The translations under genes were made by a program, and so were the position numbers. 64,000 nucleotides of DNA from an uncultured Candidatus Saccharibacteria bacterium (lineage in GTDB: Bacteria > Patescibacteriota > Minisyncoccia > Phycocordibacterales > PALSA-1337): NCBI GenBank assembly GCA_964412585.1, contig CAYPPJ010000004.1, positions 9,825 through 73,824 on the forward strand, read 5' to 3'. Positions 17,926 through 28,111 of this stretch are shown one piece after another (position 1 is the first letter of the stretch; each line of letters opens with the position of its first letter). The notes under the pieces are model-generated. The model was not told the origin of the DNA and made no database searches. It saw only the letters and a list, made by a program, of their open reading frames with translations.

Positions 17926-18834
17926 ATGATAGGTCAAACATGGATGAAATGGGCAGTCCTTGAAGCGGGCACAAAAACCGCTTCCAAGATGCTCCAAAAA
18001 GTAGTCGGCACCGTCAGTTCGACGTGGTCAGACACATTTCTTGCCGCAGCCGTCATCGGCTTTGTGCAGACGATTTTTGGTGGATTGATGATATGGAGGA
18101 ATCATATTCCCCTGTTTTCTCACCCTACCCAGATAATCGGCTGCTGCCTGTTCGGTCTGCTTGCGGTTGGCTCGACAGCTCTATCGTTCGGTGTGTTTCT
18201 GAATGGCGGTGAGATCGGAGTTAACACCTTCATCATCACTCTGTCCATTGTTCCGGAAGCATTCATCGATGCGATATTCTTCAAACACAAACTTACCGTG
18301 CGCGAACTCGTCGGCATCAGTGTTGCAATCATAGGCGGATACGTGATCCTGGGATCACCATCTCTCGCCGAACTCGCGCATATGCCTCTGTGGGTCTGGA
18401 TATCGTTTGCCACGACATTAACGATAGCGATCGGTCAAGGAGTCACCCGGCAACTCAAAGACGTCAGCCCCTTTGTCAAAAACTTCTGGGGCGGATTGAC
18501 TGGGCTGGTACTCTGCGGGTGTATCGTGATGGTAACTGGCGGATTTGATATGCACGGCCAGCTCCCACTGAAACTGTTGGTAACCTCCGCTGTGATCGGT
18601 CTCATCGTCGTCGGTATGTGGTCATTCAGTTTGATGAGCTACAAGGGCGGCGCCAGCATTGCACTCAAGAAATTGGTGACAAATGGTGTCTACCTAACAG
18701 CGGCCACCTGTGCAGGCGCCCTGTTCTTTGGTGAAAAACTAACCACTGGCACATGGATTGGCATCATGCTGTACTTCGTCGCTTTTGCACTTGTTGATGG
18801 AAGCACGTGGAAGGCGCTCACGCGAAAAAAGTAA
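17926..18834 (+). CDS. Polytopic membrane protein (DMT/EamA-like transporter, tentative)
   Basis: About 300 aa with roughly 10 hydrophobic helices. The ORF track used a TTG start at 17911; the ATG at 17926 is preferred. Confidence 0.45.
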   Translation: MIGQTWMKWAVLEAGTKTASKMLQKVVGTVSSTWSDTFLAAAVIGFVQTIFGGLMIWRNHIPLFSHPTQIIGCCLFGLLAVGSTALSFGVFLNGGEIGVNTFIITLSIVPEAFIDAIFFKHKLTVRELVGISVAIIGGYVILGSPSLAELAHMPLWVWISFATTLTIAIGQGVTRQLKDVSPFVKNFWGGLTGLVLCGCIVMVTGGFDMHGQLPLKLLVTSAVIGLIVVGMWSFSLMSYKGGASIALKKLVTNGVYLTAATCAGALFFGEKLTTGTWIGIMLYFVAFALVDGSTWKALTRKK

Positions 18835-18848
18835 TGTCTCTCGACAGC

Positions 18849-18880
18849 ACGCACCCTTGGAAACGAGGGTGCGTTTTTAT
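18849..18880 (+). terminator. Intrinsic terminator ACGCACCC-loop-GGGTGCGT followed by TTTTTAT
   Basis: 8-bp perfect stem plus a T-run directly after the transporter stop. Confidence 0.6.
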
Positions 18881-18882
18881 TT

Positions 18883-20094
18883 CTATTGTGTATCACCACT
18901 CACTTTCTCGTGATATTTCTTTTGTACGTAGAGCGGAACCGTCGCCACCGTCTCGGCAATATTCTTGGCGGTATCCTTTGCAAAATAAATGTCCGATGAC
19001 TCAAATCGCCCCTGAGCTATCTGCACTGTGATTGCATCCTTTATGGCAGACGTATGATATTGAACATCAAGAACATTTGCGCCACGCAAACGATTTTTTT
19101 GGCGGGAACCGATATTGACGACAGGGACGCCGAGATACGAGCATTCCTTGATGCCCGCTGACGAATTGCCCACCAAGCACTTTGATTTATTGAGAAGTGA
19201 AAGAAACTTCTTTGGTGGCAAATAGCGCATAAAGCGGATCTTATGATCCTTTACTTCATTATTGAAAATACGGAGTTCGTGCGAAATCTCCTCAGCACCA
19301 ATATCAACATTCGGCCAAAACCAAATAGTTGGGACCCCTAGTTCGTAAATCGCCTTGAGGACTTTCTTCGTCTGCTCCGGAAGTTTGGCATATTCGGTCG
19401 TCACTGGATGATAGAGAACGACGATAAATTCTTTGTCCACGTCAAATGGAGCTCCACTGCCTGTGTCATTCAAATCTATCGAATCACCATTTTTACCTAT
19501 TTTGTGGACGACTTCGATATCTGGACTGCCGAAATTGAAAACGTATTTTTTATTTTCACCCATGGCAATAATCCTCTGCTTTGCAGGGTCATTGGTCGCA
19601 AAATGTATGTGTGAAAGCTTGGTGATCGCATGCCGGACGCTCTCATCAAGAGTTCCTGAGACATCGCCACCTTCAATATGCGCAACGCTAATATTCATGT
19701 ATGCGGCAGCGGCAGCGGCAGCAAGAACCTCAAAACGATCGCCACGCACAATGACCACGTCAGGTCGGATCTCACCAAAAAGATTGGCGAACTCGACAAT
19801 GCCAAGACCCGCAGTCTTGGCTTTGACAACAGCACTATCCCCTTCAAGATTAAAAAAAACTTCGTGTATATTCTTGATACCATCTGCCTGAAGTAGTGAC
19901 CGTACTTGAGCAAATTTTGACGCATATTTGGAGAGAAGCGCACTGCCGCCAACAACAACATGGAGCTCCACGTCCTTTCTTTTTTTGAGTTCAGCCAGAA
20001 TAAGCATATTTCTGCTGTAATGAATGAAATTCGTTATGACAAAACAAATTTTTCTTTTTGGTTTTGGAGTAATCTTCTTTTTCGTGGTTTTCAT
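18883..20094 (-). CDS. UDP-N-acetylglucosamine 2-epimerase family, NeuC-like (hydrolysing type)
   Basis: Epimerase_2 fold with HIEGGDVSG in place of the HVEAGLR motif of non-hydrolysing enzymes. The start was trimmed to MKTTKKK to remove overlap with the neighbouring gene. Confidence 0.75.
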   Translation of the reverse strand: MKTTKKKITPKPKRKICFVITNFIHYSRNMLILAELKKRKDVELHVVVGGSALLSKYASKFAQVRSLLQADGIKNIHEVFFNLEGDSAVVKAKTAGLGIVEFANLFGEIRPDVVIVRGDRFEVLAAAAAAAYMNISVAHIEGGDVSGTLDESVRHAITKLSHIHFATNDPAKQRIIAMGENKKYVFNFGSPDIEVVHKIGKNGDSIDLNDTGSGAPFDVDKEFIVVLYHPVTTEYAKLPEQTKKVLKAIYELGVPTIWFWPNVDIGAEEISHELRIFNNEVKDHKIRFMRYLPPKKFLSLLNKSKCLVGNSSAGIKECSYLGVPVVNIGSRQKNRLRGANVLDVQYHTSAIKDAITVQIAQGRFESSDIYFAKDTAKNIAETVATVPLYVQKKYHEKVSGDTQ

Positions 20095-20104
20095 ATATGT
20101 CTGA

Positions 20105-20950
20105 TTAGCTGTTTTTGCCAAGTCTACCAGTATATTTTGCACGCGTCAGCTTTTCTTCAGGCAACAAATCGAGACTGCCGGTACCCAGTGCCGTCACATA
20201 TCGATCTCTCCACTCCACCAACTCTTTGAATACATGAGGCTCATCGGCAATACTGTGTGTCGTGATCGGCTTGAGACCTTTGCCGACGGTGTGTCCGATC
20301 TGGGGCGTATCGCGATCAAGCGTAAAATGCTTCTCAATATACTTTACACCCATGCCAAGAGAGAGCATGGCCGCAGATGCGCCCAGCACATGGTCAGAAT
20401 ATCCCACATGAGGTGTCTGCTCTTTGAGCCATGCAAGTTTACCGAGATTCGCCTTTTCCAACGGACACGGGTACACGGACACGCAATGCATGATCGTAAA
20501 TTCGCCTTTTTTAAGTATGTTGAGCGCTTTCTTTATTTCATCCTCAGTCGTCATGCCGGTCGAAGCAATAACCTCATCAAAATTATCGCGAAGTTGTTTC
20601 AAAAATGTGAAATGTTTGAGATCTGTACTCGCGACCTTGATTGATGTGAGTCCAAGCTTCTTGAGAAATGGGATGCGCGCAGCATCATAACACGTGGTCA
20701 TGAATTTGACGCCAGCTTTTTCACATTCTTTTTTGAGAATTATATGAGCTTCGTCTGAAAGTTCGAGAGAAGCGTAACGCTTTTTATCAGGATCTGAATC
20801 ATCGACATTTTTGCTCTGCCATGACTGAAACTTCACAATATCAACACCTGCATCCTTTGCAGCCCAAATCATCTTTTTCGCCAGCTCAATATCACCGTTA
20901 TGTGACGAGGCGATTTCAGCGATGATTTTCGGGGTATATCGTGCACTCAT
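20105..20950 (-). CDS. NeuB-family nonulosonate (sialic-acid-like) synthase, short form without the C-terminal SAF domain
   Basis: IIAEIASSHNGDIELAKKMIWAAKDAGVDIVKFQ TIM-barrel signature; 281 aa. Confidence 0.7.
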   Translation of the reverse strand: MSARYTPKIIAEIASSHNGDIELAKKMIWAAKDAGVDIVKFQSWQSKNVDDSDPDKKRYASLELSDEAHIILKKECEKAGVKFMTTCYDAARIPFLKKLGLTSIKVASTDLKHFTFLKQLRDNFDEVIASTGMTTEDEIKKALNILKKGEFTIMHCVSVYPCPLEKANLGKLAWLKEQTPHVGYSDHVLGASAAMLSLGMGVKYIEKHFTLDRDTPQIGHTVGKGLKPITTHSIADEPHVFKELVEWRDRYVTALGTGSLDLLPEEKLTRAKYTGRLGKNS

Positions 20951-21001
20951 AAGAAAACCTACTCTACCACACTTATGTGGTAGTCGTAAAGACCTGCCTG
21001 A

Positions 21002-21877
21002 CTATTTCTTTCCCTTCCCTTCTGCGAACAAATACACTCCCTTATCAACGGGCCGGTCATCTACAGAATGGAATGTTACCTGCCCGAAGTAAGGTGTGAG
21101 CAACCACTCCAAACTTTCCTTGCTAAAATAATTCTTGTGGTCAGGAGCATTCCAACGAGAACGTTTTGCGTCAGTATAAAACTGATCAGGATATCGGTTT
21201 GGCACACTCATGAAAAAAGTACCCGCCGGCGAAAGGAGCCGGAGCATATTCTTCATGGCATTGTGAAAATCAGAAATCGTTAGGTGTTCGAGCACTTCAA
21301 AAGCACAGACGCTGTCGTAGTATCCATCAGTTGTTTTCAGGTCTTCGATAGCAGATACCTCAAAACGAACTTTAGCGGCATCGCTGGTAGAAATTTTTCC
21401 CTGAGTACGCAAGGTGTTTAGCAATCCATCTGCGGTAGCAATAGCATCTGGCCGGAGATCAATACCAGCGACTTCACTAACCTGTGGAAGTTTGGCAATC
21501 TCAATAGTGACAGTTCCTGAAGAACAGCCCGTTTCCAATACTTTCGCACCAAAAGGAAGTGCCAAGGTGGTCTTGAGGCGCGCCGTATCATCGAGCCTCC
21601 AGGTTGCCAGCATCGGGTGTGTTGAGTCATTTTCTGGAGAATAGATATACTCGATCCTGTCGCGGAATTGTTGTGCACGCTTGATTTGCTCTTCACGCGT
21701 CCATTCATATTCATCGACAACTACAGGAAATATGTTCGTGGCAGTGTCTCGAGTCACGCCATTTTTTGACGCAAGTACAGACACTTCATTACCAGTACGA
21801 TCAACACCGACAACGATATCGGTATTGGTTGTTTCAATAATCCCCTGATAGTCCATGTGTTTGATTTCCAATTTCAT
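21002..21877 (-). CDS. Class I SAM-dependent methyltransferase
   Basis: Motif I VLETGCSSG and the post-I/II motifs; 291 aa. Confidence 0.7.
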   Translation of the reverse strand: MKLEIKHMDYQGIIETTNTDIVVGVDRTGNEVSVLASKNGVTRDTATNIFPVVVDEYEWTREEQIKRAQQFRDRIEYIYSPENDSTHPMLATWRLDDTARLKTTLALPFGAKVLETGCSSGTVTIEIAKLPQVSEVAGIDLRPDAIATADGLLNTLRTQGKISTSDAAKVRFEVSAIEDLKTTDGYYDSVCAFEVLEHLTISDFHNAMKNMLRLLSPAGTFFMSVPNRYPDQFYTDAKRSRWNAPDHKNYFSKESLEWLLTPYFGQVTFHSVDDRPVDKGVYLFAEGKGKK

Positions 21878-22417
21878 ATGACTAATACTATACTATACCC
21901 CATGAAAGAGTGCACTAAAATCAATCTCGGAGGAGGTAGGAACAAACAAGCAGGGTTCACCACTATCGATATCATTGCCTATCCAGAGGTTGATATTGTC
22001 GCTGATGTGACTAAAGGCATTCCCCTGCCCGACAATTCCGTCGAAGAAGTCCTCGCTCTAAGCATTATTGAGCATCTTGATGATACAGTCTTCATTATGG
22101 AAGAAATATACCGAGTCTGCAAAAATGAAGCCAAAATCATCATCACTGTACCGTATGTAAAATCAACCGCCGCATTCAAAGATCCGACGCACAAAAAATT
22201 CTTTACCGAGCGCACCTTTGAGTATTTTGACAAAAGTCTTCTCAATGCGGGCCGCCTCCCTGACTACCATATGAAATGTGATTTCCAAGTGAAAAACATT
22301 TCCTATAAATATTACACACCATGGTTCCGCCACGTCCCAGGTATCAATCGTATTTTTGCCCGCTTCTTTTGGGATATTATAAAAACACTCACGTTTGAGC
22401 TTCGGGTACGCAAATAG
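21878..22417 (+). CDS. SAM-dependent methyltransferase (Methyltransf_11/23-like)
   Basis: INLGGG... and LSIIEHLDD motifs. The start was moved to the internal Met to avoid overlapping the divergent neighbour. Confidence 0.6.
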   Translation: MTNTILYPMKECTKINLGGGRNKQAGFTTIDIIAYPEVDIVADVTKGIPLPDNSVEEVLALSIIEHLDDTVFIMEEIYRVCKNEAKIIITVPYVKSTAAFKDPTHKKFFTERTFEYFDKSLLNAGRLPDYHMKCDFQVKNISYKYYTPWFRHVPGINRIFARFFWDIIKTLTFELRVRK

Positions 22418-22454
22418 ATGAGCTGAAATAACATCCAAGGCGTACTTATACGCT

Positions 22455-23810
22455 TTAGAGATGTGAGACAATAAACGTCGAAATCCTGTCCACTGACTTT
22501 CCATCAAGAAACTGACACTGTGCTACGGCCAACTTTTTGCGTCCTTCAGTGTCTAGAGTTGGATCTTTGAGATACTTATTGACCCACGTTACCAATTCAT
22601 CGGTATTTCGAGCCATTCGTACTCCTCCATAACTGAGCGCTTTTGCATAATGCGTCATGCCATAAAATACTGTCGGGGATTTCGACAATTTACCATTGTC
22701 CTTGATCTCGAAATCAATATTGATGACTGGCTTATTAACGACAGCCGCATCGACTGAAATACTCGAGGCATAACACAGGATAAGCGACATGTGGTGCAAG
22801 GTATTACGCAATTCTTCAAGTTCGCGACCATTCATGTCCCAATCAGTTGAGCGTACAGATGAAAAACGGGTTCCCGGGATCTGGTAGTGCAAATACGGAC
22901 GCTTCTTGAGATCAGCATCCTTAATAAAGTCATTGGGAGAAAAACGCACGAGAATCTCGACATCATTGCCGAATTTCCCTGCCATATGCAACTCATGCAA
23001 GTGATCCATAATATCCCAATCCGAATTACTAAACATGCCGCCGATTGGCGAATAGACCACTAATTTCTTTTGTGGATCAATACCGATACTCTTGAAGAAT
23101 TCGTCGCGAGTCACACTTGGCGGTGAAAAATAATCATCATATTGAGGAATACCTGAAACAAAGAAATCCGAACGTGGGATGTGACTGTGCGTGGCCATCT
23201 GATCAAGGAGTGTGTCATTAAAGACGATAGTTTTGTCCGGGATCACCCGCAAAATACAGCGAGCCGTGGCGCGATCCCAACTATTGGTAAGCCCAATAGA
23301 TTTGACGCCATGCCGCTTGGCTGATTTGAGAAAATCGACTTCAAAATCCTCAAACAGATTGGCGAGTAAAATGAGATCGGGTTTGTACGTGCGGAAATAC
23401 TGATCAAAGACCGGATTTCTCGACAATAGGCGATCTAATGCACGAAATAACGCCACAAAGGGTCGATGCGCCAACATGCGATGTATGACACGCGAATAAT
23501 ACCAATACCACGCGCCACGGTCTTCTGAAACCATCTTGGCGCGCAGATCAGTAGTGCCTGTTTGTAGAAAAAGAAACTTCCACGAGCTAAAGAGTTTATG
23601 AATACCTACCTGATCATATGGTGCAACAATTTCATATGTTATACGAGGATCCGAAAATTCACGAGCATAATAGTCGGCGCGCTCCTTATTTTTTACAAAA
23701 AGCACTACGCGAGTACCGGAACTTTTTTTGAGAAGAGCATCGACAATACCGGTACGCAAAATATTCTTTGCCTCCACTCCTTCAAATACAGTAATAAAAA
23801 TCGTTTTCAT
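22455..23810 (-). CDS. Hypothetical GT-B-fold-like protein (TagF / KpsC-type capsule-transferase-like; candidate CMP-sugar-dependent transferase)
   Basis: 451 aa with a two-domain alpha/beta pattern and a KKLVVYSPIGG segment reminiscent of glycerophosphotransferase or capsule-transferase families. No definitive motif. Confidence 0.35.
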   Translation of the reverse strand: MKTIFITVFEGVEAKNILRTGIVDALLKKSSGTRVVLFVKNKERADYYAREFSDPRITYEIVAPYDQVGIHKLFSSWKFLFLQTGTTDLRAKMVSEDRGAWYWYYSRVIHRMLAHRPFVALFRALDRLLSRNPVFDQYFRTYKPDLILLANLFEDFEVDFLKSAKRHGVKSIGLTNSWDRATARCILRVIPDKTIVFNDTLLDQMATHSHIPRSDFFVSGIPQYDDYFSPPSVTRDEFFKSIGIDPQKKLVVYSPIGGMFSNSDWDIMDHLHELHMAGKFGNDVEILVRFSPNDFIKDADLKKRPYLHYQIPGTRFSSVRSTDWDMNGRELEELRNTLHHMSLILCYASSISVDAAVVNKPVINIDFEIKDNGKLSKSPTVFYGMTHYAKALSYGGVRMARNTDELVTWVNKYLKDPTLDTEGRKKLAVAQCQFLDGKSVDRISTFIVSHL

Positions 23811-24838
23811 GGCATCCTATTCTCGCATACTTTGAAAATTTCTAGAAGTCCAGGGATTTCGGACGAATGATCAGTTGTTTTTCCATCACGACGTGCACCT
23901 TGGAGATGAAATCCGAACGGCCGCTCCTTCCACATAAACTCATCCCATCCCTTGGAAAAAACGTCAGTTATGCCAGAGTGACCAAATCCTTTATTCGTAA
24001 AATAATTTTTTCTTTTTGGAATATACGAGAGGCGTTCTGGCAGCAGTTTTTCGACAAGCCAATTGAACACGGAAACAAGGTATCGCGGATTGATATCACT
24101 CGTGCAATAGTCGAATACTGGCTGGACACATTCAACCTTGAATTCAGGGCGCGCACCAAACACTTCATACACACCATACCCCGTATCCCGTGATGAACCA
24201 ATGATTGCACCTCTTCGAAGCCACATTTTTAGAAAACGTCTGATGGCTGGTATTATGCGCGCTGATTTTTGCAATGCGTTTTTTTGCGCGGAAGCTGTAG
24301 CCACTTTTGCGCGACCTACAAGCAGTCGTTCCTGTTCGTATCGTGGCGAGAAATCGAGCTGATCCTTTCTTGTTTTTTCGAGGTCAATGAACATACAATG
24401 AATACAGGGAAAGTAGCGGTACTTCATGTATCTCCTTGGATTATACGGCACCCCGAAAAAGGTGAGGTCTTTTTTATTCATATGTTCAAGAACTTCTGCC
24501 GCCCACCCTTTTCGAATAATGTAAAAATCAGGATCAAGAATCAGGGCAAAGCGAGTCGAGACTTCTTTGATTGCCCTATTTAGTCCAGAAGCATGATGAT
24601 AACTTGCCGGAGCTACTCCAGTAAATTCATTTTTGATACCTTGAATAACTATGCCTTCTGCAAAATTTCCAATAGGAAAGCGGCCATTCATAGCCTCTGT
24701 ACCATTCTCTACAATAATCCAGCGAATGGTGGAAGTGGGATTAAATCTCTTGGTAAGAGCGATATTTGCCTCAACAATATCTCGCTGACCAAAAGATACG
24801 GTGCAGATAGTGAGTTCAGTTGTAGTCGTGGTTGTCAT
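23807..24838 (-). CDS. Glycosyltransferase, GT-A fold (family 2-like)
   Basis: The N-terminal TICTVSFG... and a DPD (DxD-like) motif; 343 aa. Confidence 0.55.
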   Translation of the reverse strand: MTTTTTTELTICTVSFGQRDIVEANIALTKRFNPTSTIRWIIVENGTEAMNGRFPIGNFAEGIVIQGIKNEFTGVAPASYHHASGLNRAIKEVSTRFALILDPDFYIIRKGWAAEVLEHMNKKDLTFFGVPYNPRRYMKYRYFPCIHCMFIDLEKTRKDQLDFSPRYEQERLLVGRAKVATASAQKNALQKSARIIPAIRRFLKMWLRRGAIIGSSRDTGYGVYEVFGARPEFKVECVQPVFDYCTSDINPRYLVSVFNWLVEKLLPERLSYIPKRKNYFTNKGFGHSGITDVFSKGWDEFMWKERPFGFHLQGARRDGKTTDHSSEIPGLLEIFKVCENRMP

Positions 24839-24845
24839 ATGTGTA

Positions 24846-26165
24846 TCATCCTACCCACGCCACCGTTTTACTCAATGAGTCCTTTGTGAAAATGCGCGTA
24901 TCTGGATTGTATTGAAGTTCAAGACGACCATCAGCATACGCCGCGACAAGCGCACGAAATTCATCCTTATTCCTAATATATTTCTTGATACCAAAGTACT
25001 CACGCGATGCCTCGATGAGCGGTAACTGTAGAAAATTAACAAAAAGAGCGTGTTTGTTCATTAGGACAGGAACAAAATTGACGGTCGTACTATCGGCAAC
25101 ATACAGATCGGAAAAATAGATAAGTTCGGCATTGTCCGTAAATTTGTCATATATCTTTATTCCCTGTTTTTTGAGGGGTTCGTACAGTGATATATTCTCG
25201 ATCGGATGAATCTTGAGTGAAATAGCGTATTGTTCCGCCGGGCATGACTCGCGAATCATCTCAACAATATTTTCATAAAATGAAAGCTGGCCAGCATCAT
25301 CAAGCACATGCACAACATTGGAATTGTAAGCCGAACTGAAAATAACAATATTCTTTTTTGTCTGGTCAATCCCCAATCGGCCTGCGACTTCGGCCCGCGC
25401 AGACTCATTAGTATCAAGCCGCTGTTTGAGCGCCGTAGCCGCATGGAAATCAAGATACCCCACAACGGTCATTTTTCCACGGGGCACTCCTTGGGATGCA
25501 AAATAATCAAAAGCCTGTTGGTTGATAACACCAAATTTATCTGACAAATTTGAACCGAGCACTGATTTTACATTGCTCGCACCGCGTCCCGCGACACATT
25601 TCAACAGGAGCGCTTTCGATGCATTCTCAATATTCTTTCTCACCGAATGTACCGCGAGACGCCACGCAGGCACAACTTTTTTCGCTGCACCATTGGCTTG
25701 TACATCATATGTTACCGCCCACTGGAGAACGTACGCATCTATGCCACGTTTTTTTGCCTCACTGAAGATCGTACCAAAATAAAATCCCGCATCATTGATG
25801 GCGATAAGCTTTCGTATGCGTGCATCAGAAAAGACACGGTTCACTTCGCGCGCATAGGTTCGCGCTGAGACAAGAAATTGTACGAAAGGAAATCTACTCA
25901 ATACGCGTGATGGTGCAGGCTGGCGAATAGTATAAAAATCGAGACCTTTTTGTGTGCAGTGAGAGACCATCTCATCAAAATTGTAATGAGAAGCAGTGTA
26001 TTGTTTACCACCAAGTCGTGGCAATTGAATCAAGAGAAAAGAAACATCGTAGTGGTCCTTGAGATACTCGCCAAGCCTCTCATAATACCTGAGGCTGCCA
26101 GTATAGTGAGGGACGAGCACTATCCTCGGTTTTCGCACGGGAGAGGTGACATTCATGAATGCCAT
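24846..26165 (-). CDS. Hypothetical protein, possible glycosyltransferase or capsule-biosynthesis-like enzyme
   Basis: ORF 24846..26258 trimmed to MAFMNVTSPVRKPRIVLVPHYTG. No recognisable catalytic motif. Confidence 0.4.
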   Translation of the reverse strand: MAFMNVTSPVRKPRIVLVPHYTGSLRYYERLGEYLKDHYDVSFLLIQLPRLGGKQYTASHYNFDEMVSHCTQKGLDFYTIRQPAPSRVLSRFPFVQFLVSARTYAREVNRVFSDARIRKLIAINDAGFYFGTIFSEAKKRGIDAYVLQWAVTYDVQANGAAKKVVPAWRLAVHSVRKNIENASKALLLKCVAGRGASNVKSVLGSNLSDKFGVINQQAFDYFASQGVPRGKMTVVGYLDFHAATALKQRLDTNESARAEVAGRLGIDQTKKNIVIFSSAYNSNVVHVLDDAGQLSFYENIVEMIRESCPAEQYAISLKIHPIENISLYEPLKKQGIKIYDKFTDNAELIYFSDLYVADSTTVNFVPVLMNKHALFVNFLQLPLIEASREYFGIKKYIRNKDEFRALVAAYADGRLELQYNPDTRIFTKDSLSKTVAWVG

Positions 26166-26184
26166 GATACAATAGCGCACACCT

Positions 26185-26886
26185 ATGCATACTGTCAAAA
26201 AATGGATTCGCTCACTACTTAATAGCTTTGTACCGACCGAAAACCTCGTAGATAGCAAAAAAAAGTGGAATACGCTGGCAGAAAAAAATGCCGCGTATTT
26301 TGTGATGACTGACTACGGCGAAGGTATTACCGAGGAACAATTTAGGACTTCAGGCATGAAGGACTACGATCAACTGATAGGTGGTGACACATTACTCAAG
26401 ACTCGACTTTCTCCATTCAATACAAAGGACGTTATGGAAATTGGATGTGGTATTGGGCGCATAACAGAGTTTCTCTCAAAAAATTTCAAAACCGTTTCAG
26501 CTGTTGATATTTCCGAAGAGATGGTACGCAAAGGCGGACAGAGACTTTCATCGGCAAAAAATATAACTTTCAGGGCAACTGATGGGACGAGCTTCCCTTT
26601 TGCCAACGCTTCATTTGACTTCGTCTTTTCGTTTATAGTATTTCAGCATATGCCAGACAAACAGACTATTGAAAAAAATATAGCTGAAGTATCGCGCGTA
26701 CTCCGACCAGGTGGTATTGCAAAAATACAGCTTCGCGGATTGCCGACAAGTAAGAAAAATTGGTTCTATGGTCCCTCATTTTCGGTAGCCGATGCGCGCA
26801 AGCTACTCACAGATCTTCCACTCGCCATGATCGCCTCTGAAGGTGAAGGCCAGCGCTATTTCTGGATCTGGCTGGAAAAAAAGTAA
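26185..26886 (+). CDS. Class I SAM-dependent methyltransferase
   Basis: VMEIGCGIGRITEFL (motif I) and FDFVFSFIVFQHMPD. Confidence 0.65.
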   Translation: MHTVKKWIRSLLNSFVPTENLVDSKKKWNTLAEKNAAYFVMTDYGEGITEEQFRTSGMKDYDQLIGGDTLLKTRLSPFNTKDVMEIGCGIGRITEFLSKNFKTVSAVDISEEMVRKGGQRLSSAKNITFRATDGTSFPFANASFDFVFSFIVFQHMPDKQTIEKNIAEVSRVLRPGGIAKIQLRGLPTSKKNWFYGPSFSVADARKLLTDLPLAMIASEGEGQRYFWIWLEKK

Positions 26887-26929
26887 AATAAGTATTTTGG
26901 TGTGTCAATAGTGTCATGGACTAGCACCC

Positions 26930-27988
26930 ATGCTAGCTTTAGGACAGACTCACTCCTTGAGTCACGATTTCACCCACAACCCAAGGAAACACATGAAGAT
27001 CATTAACATCGCCGGCCGAGCTGTCGGCCCTGGTTATCCCTGCTTCATCATTGCAGAGATTGGCATCAACCATAACGGCGACCTCAACGTTGCCAAAAAG
27101 CTCATTGACGCGGCCGCAGAGGCCGGCGCCGATGCAGTCAAGTTCCAGACTCGCACGGTTGAGGTTGTGTACACGCCAGAAGAACTGGCAAAGGCACGCG
27201 CAGTCCCTCGTAGCGTACTCGAAAATGGAATTCGCCGGGGGGTTCTCCCTCCAAGCGCAGTCGGGCGACTCACCGAGTCCAACTTCGAAGCCTCGACAAA
27301 CGGCGACCTCAAGCGGATTCTCGAGTTCACAGTTGACGAGTACCACGAGATCAGTCGCCACTGCAAACTGCGGGGGGTAATCTGGTTGACCTCGTGCTGG
27401 GACACCCAAGCACTCGAACGGATGCTCCCCTTCAACCTTCCCTGTCACAAGATCGCCTCGGCCTGTAACGAAGATGACGCACTGCTCATCGCTGCGCGTC
27501 AGACTGACAAGCCGGTCATCCTCTCGACAGGGATGACGGACCTCGACGGTGTAAGTGCGGCGGCTAATTTCCTCGACCTCGAGAAGCTCATCATCCTGCA
27601 CTGCACCAGTGTGTACCCCAAAGGTACGGAGCACGGGGACGAGTTGCTCTCGATGGTCAATCTCAATGGCATCGAGACCTTGGCCCGCATATTCGATGTG
27701 CCCATCGGCTTCTCCAGCCACTTCAGCGGCATCATGCCGGTGTATGCGGCGGTCGCCATGGGTGCATGCATGATCGAAGTCCACGTCACGCTCGAACGCG
27801 GGATGTACGGATCAGATCAGGCAAGCTCATTGGAACCGGCAGAGTTTGGCCGCCTCTTCAAGGCGACCAAAGAGCTTCACACCGCCAAGGGTAACGGTCG
27901 GATTGTCATCTACCCCGGCGAAGAAGAAGTCGCAAAGAAACTGCGGCGCGTGCGTCGGAAACAAAAGTCTGACGCTAGCCCGGCATAA
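26930..27988 (+). CDS. NeuB-family nonulosonate synthase, full length with a SAF-like C-terminal domain; markedly GC-rich compared with its surroundings
   Basis: PCFIIAEIGINHNGDLNVAKKLIDAAAEAGADAVKFQTR; 352 aa. Local GC is visibly near 60%. Confidence 0.75.
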   Translation: MLALGQTHSLSHDFTHNPRKHMKIINIAGRAVGPGYPCFIIAEIGINHNGDLNVAKKLIDAAAEAGADAVKFQTRTVEVVYTPEELAKARAVPRSVLENGIRRGVLPPSAVGRLTESNFEASTNGDLKRILEFTVDEYHEISRHCKLRGVIWLTSCWDTQALERMLPFNLPCHKIASACNEDDALLIAARQTDKPVILSTGMTDLDGVSAAANFLDLEKLIILHCTSVYPKGTEHGDELLSMVNLNGIETLARIFDVPIGFSSHFSGIMPVYAAVAMGACMIEVHVTLERGMYGSDQASSLEPAEFGRLFKATKELHTAKGNGRIVIYPGEEEVAKKLRRVRRKQKSDASPA

Positions 27989-28027
27989 GTCGGCACGTAG
28001 AAGAGCGTACTCGTGAGAAGAAAGTCA

Positions 28028-28060
28028 CCGGCAGGGTCCCAACCCCTGCCGGATTTTTTA
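28028..28060 (+). terminator. Intrinsic terminator CCGGCAGGG-TCCCAAC-CCCTGCCGG followed by ATTTTTTAT
   Basis: Perfect 9-bp stem plus a T-run. Confidence 0.7.
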
Positions 28061-28061
28061 T

Positions 28062-28095
28062 ACAAAAAAACCCGCGCGGTGTACCCGCGCGGGTT
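28062..28095 (-). terminator. Intrinsic terminator AACCCGCGCGG-TGTAC-CCGCGCGGGTT followed by TTTTTTT on the minus strand
   Basis: Perfect 11-bp stem. It sits back-to-back with the previous terminator between convergent genes. Confidence 0.7.
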
Positions 28096-28111
28096 GTGAA
28101 AAAAGATCGAA

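Noticed and set aside
26939-27784. 281-aa minus-strand ORF, and further ORFs at 27034..27435, 27051..27380 and 27499..27789
   Set aside because: They are antisense to the GC-rich NeuB-like gene. High GC suppresses stop codons, and the NeuB reading frame is supported by strong family motifs.
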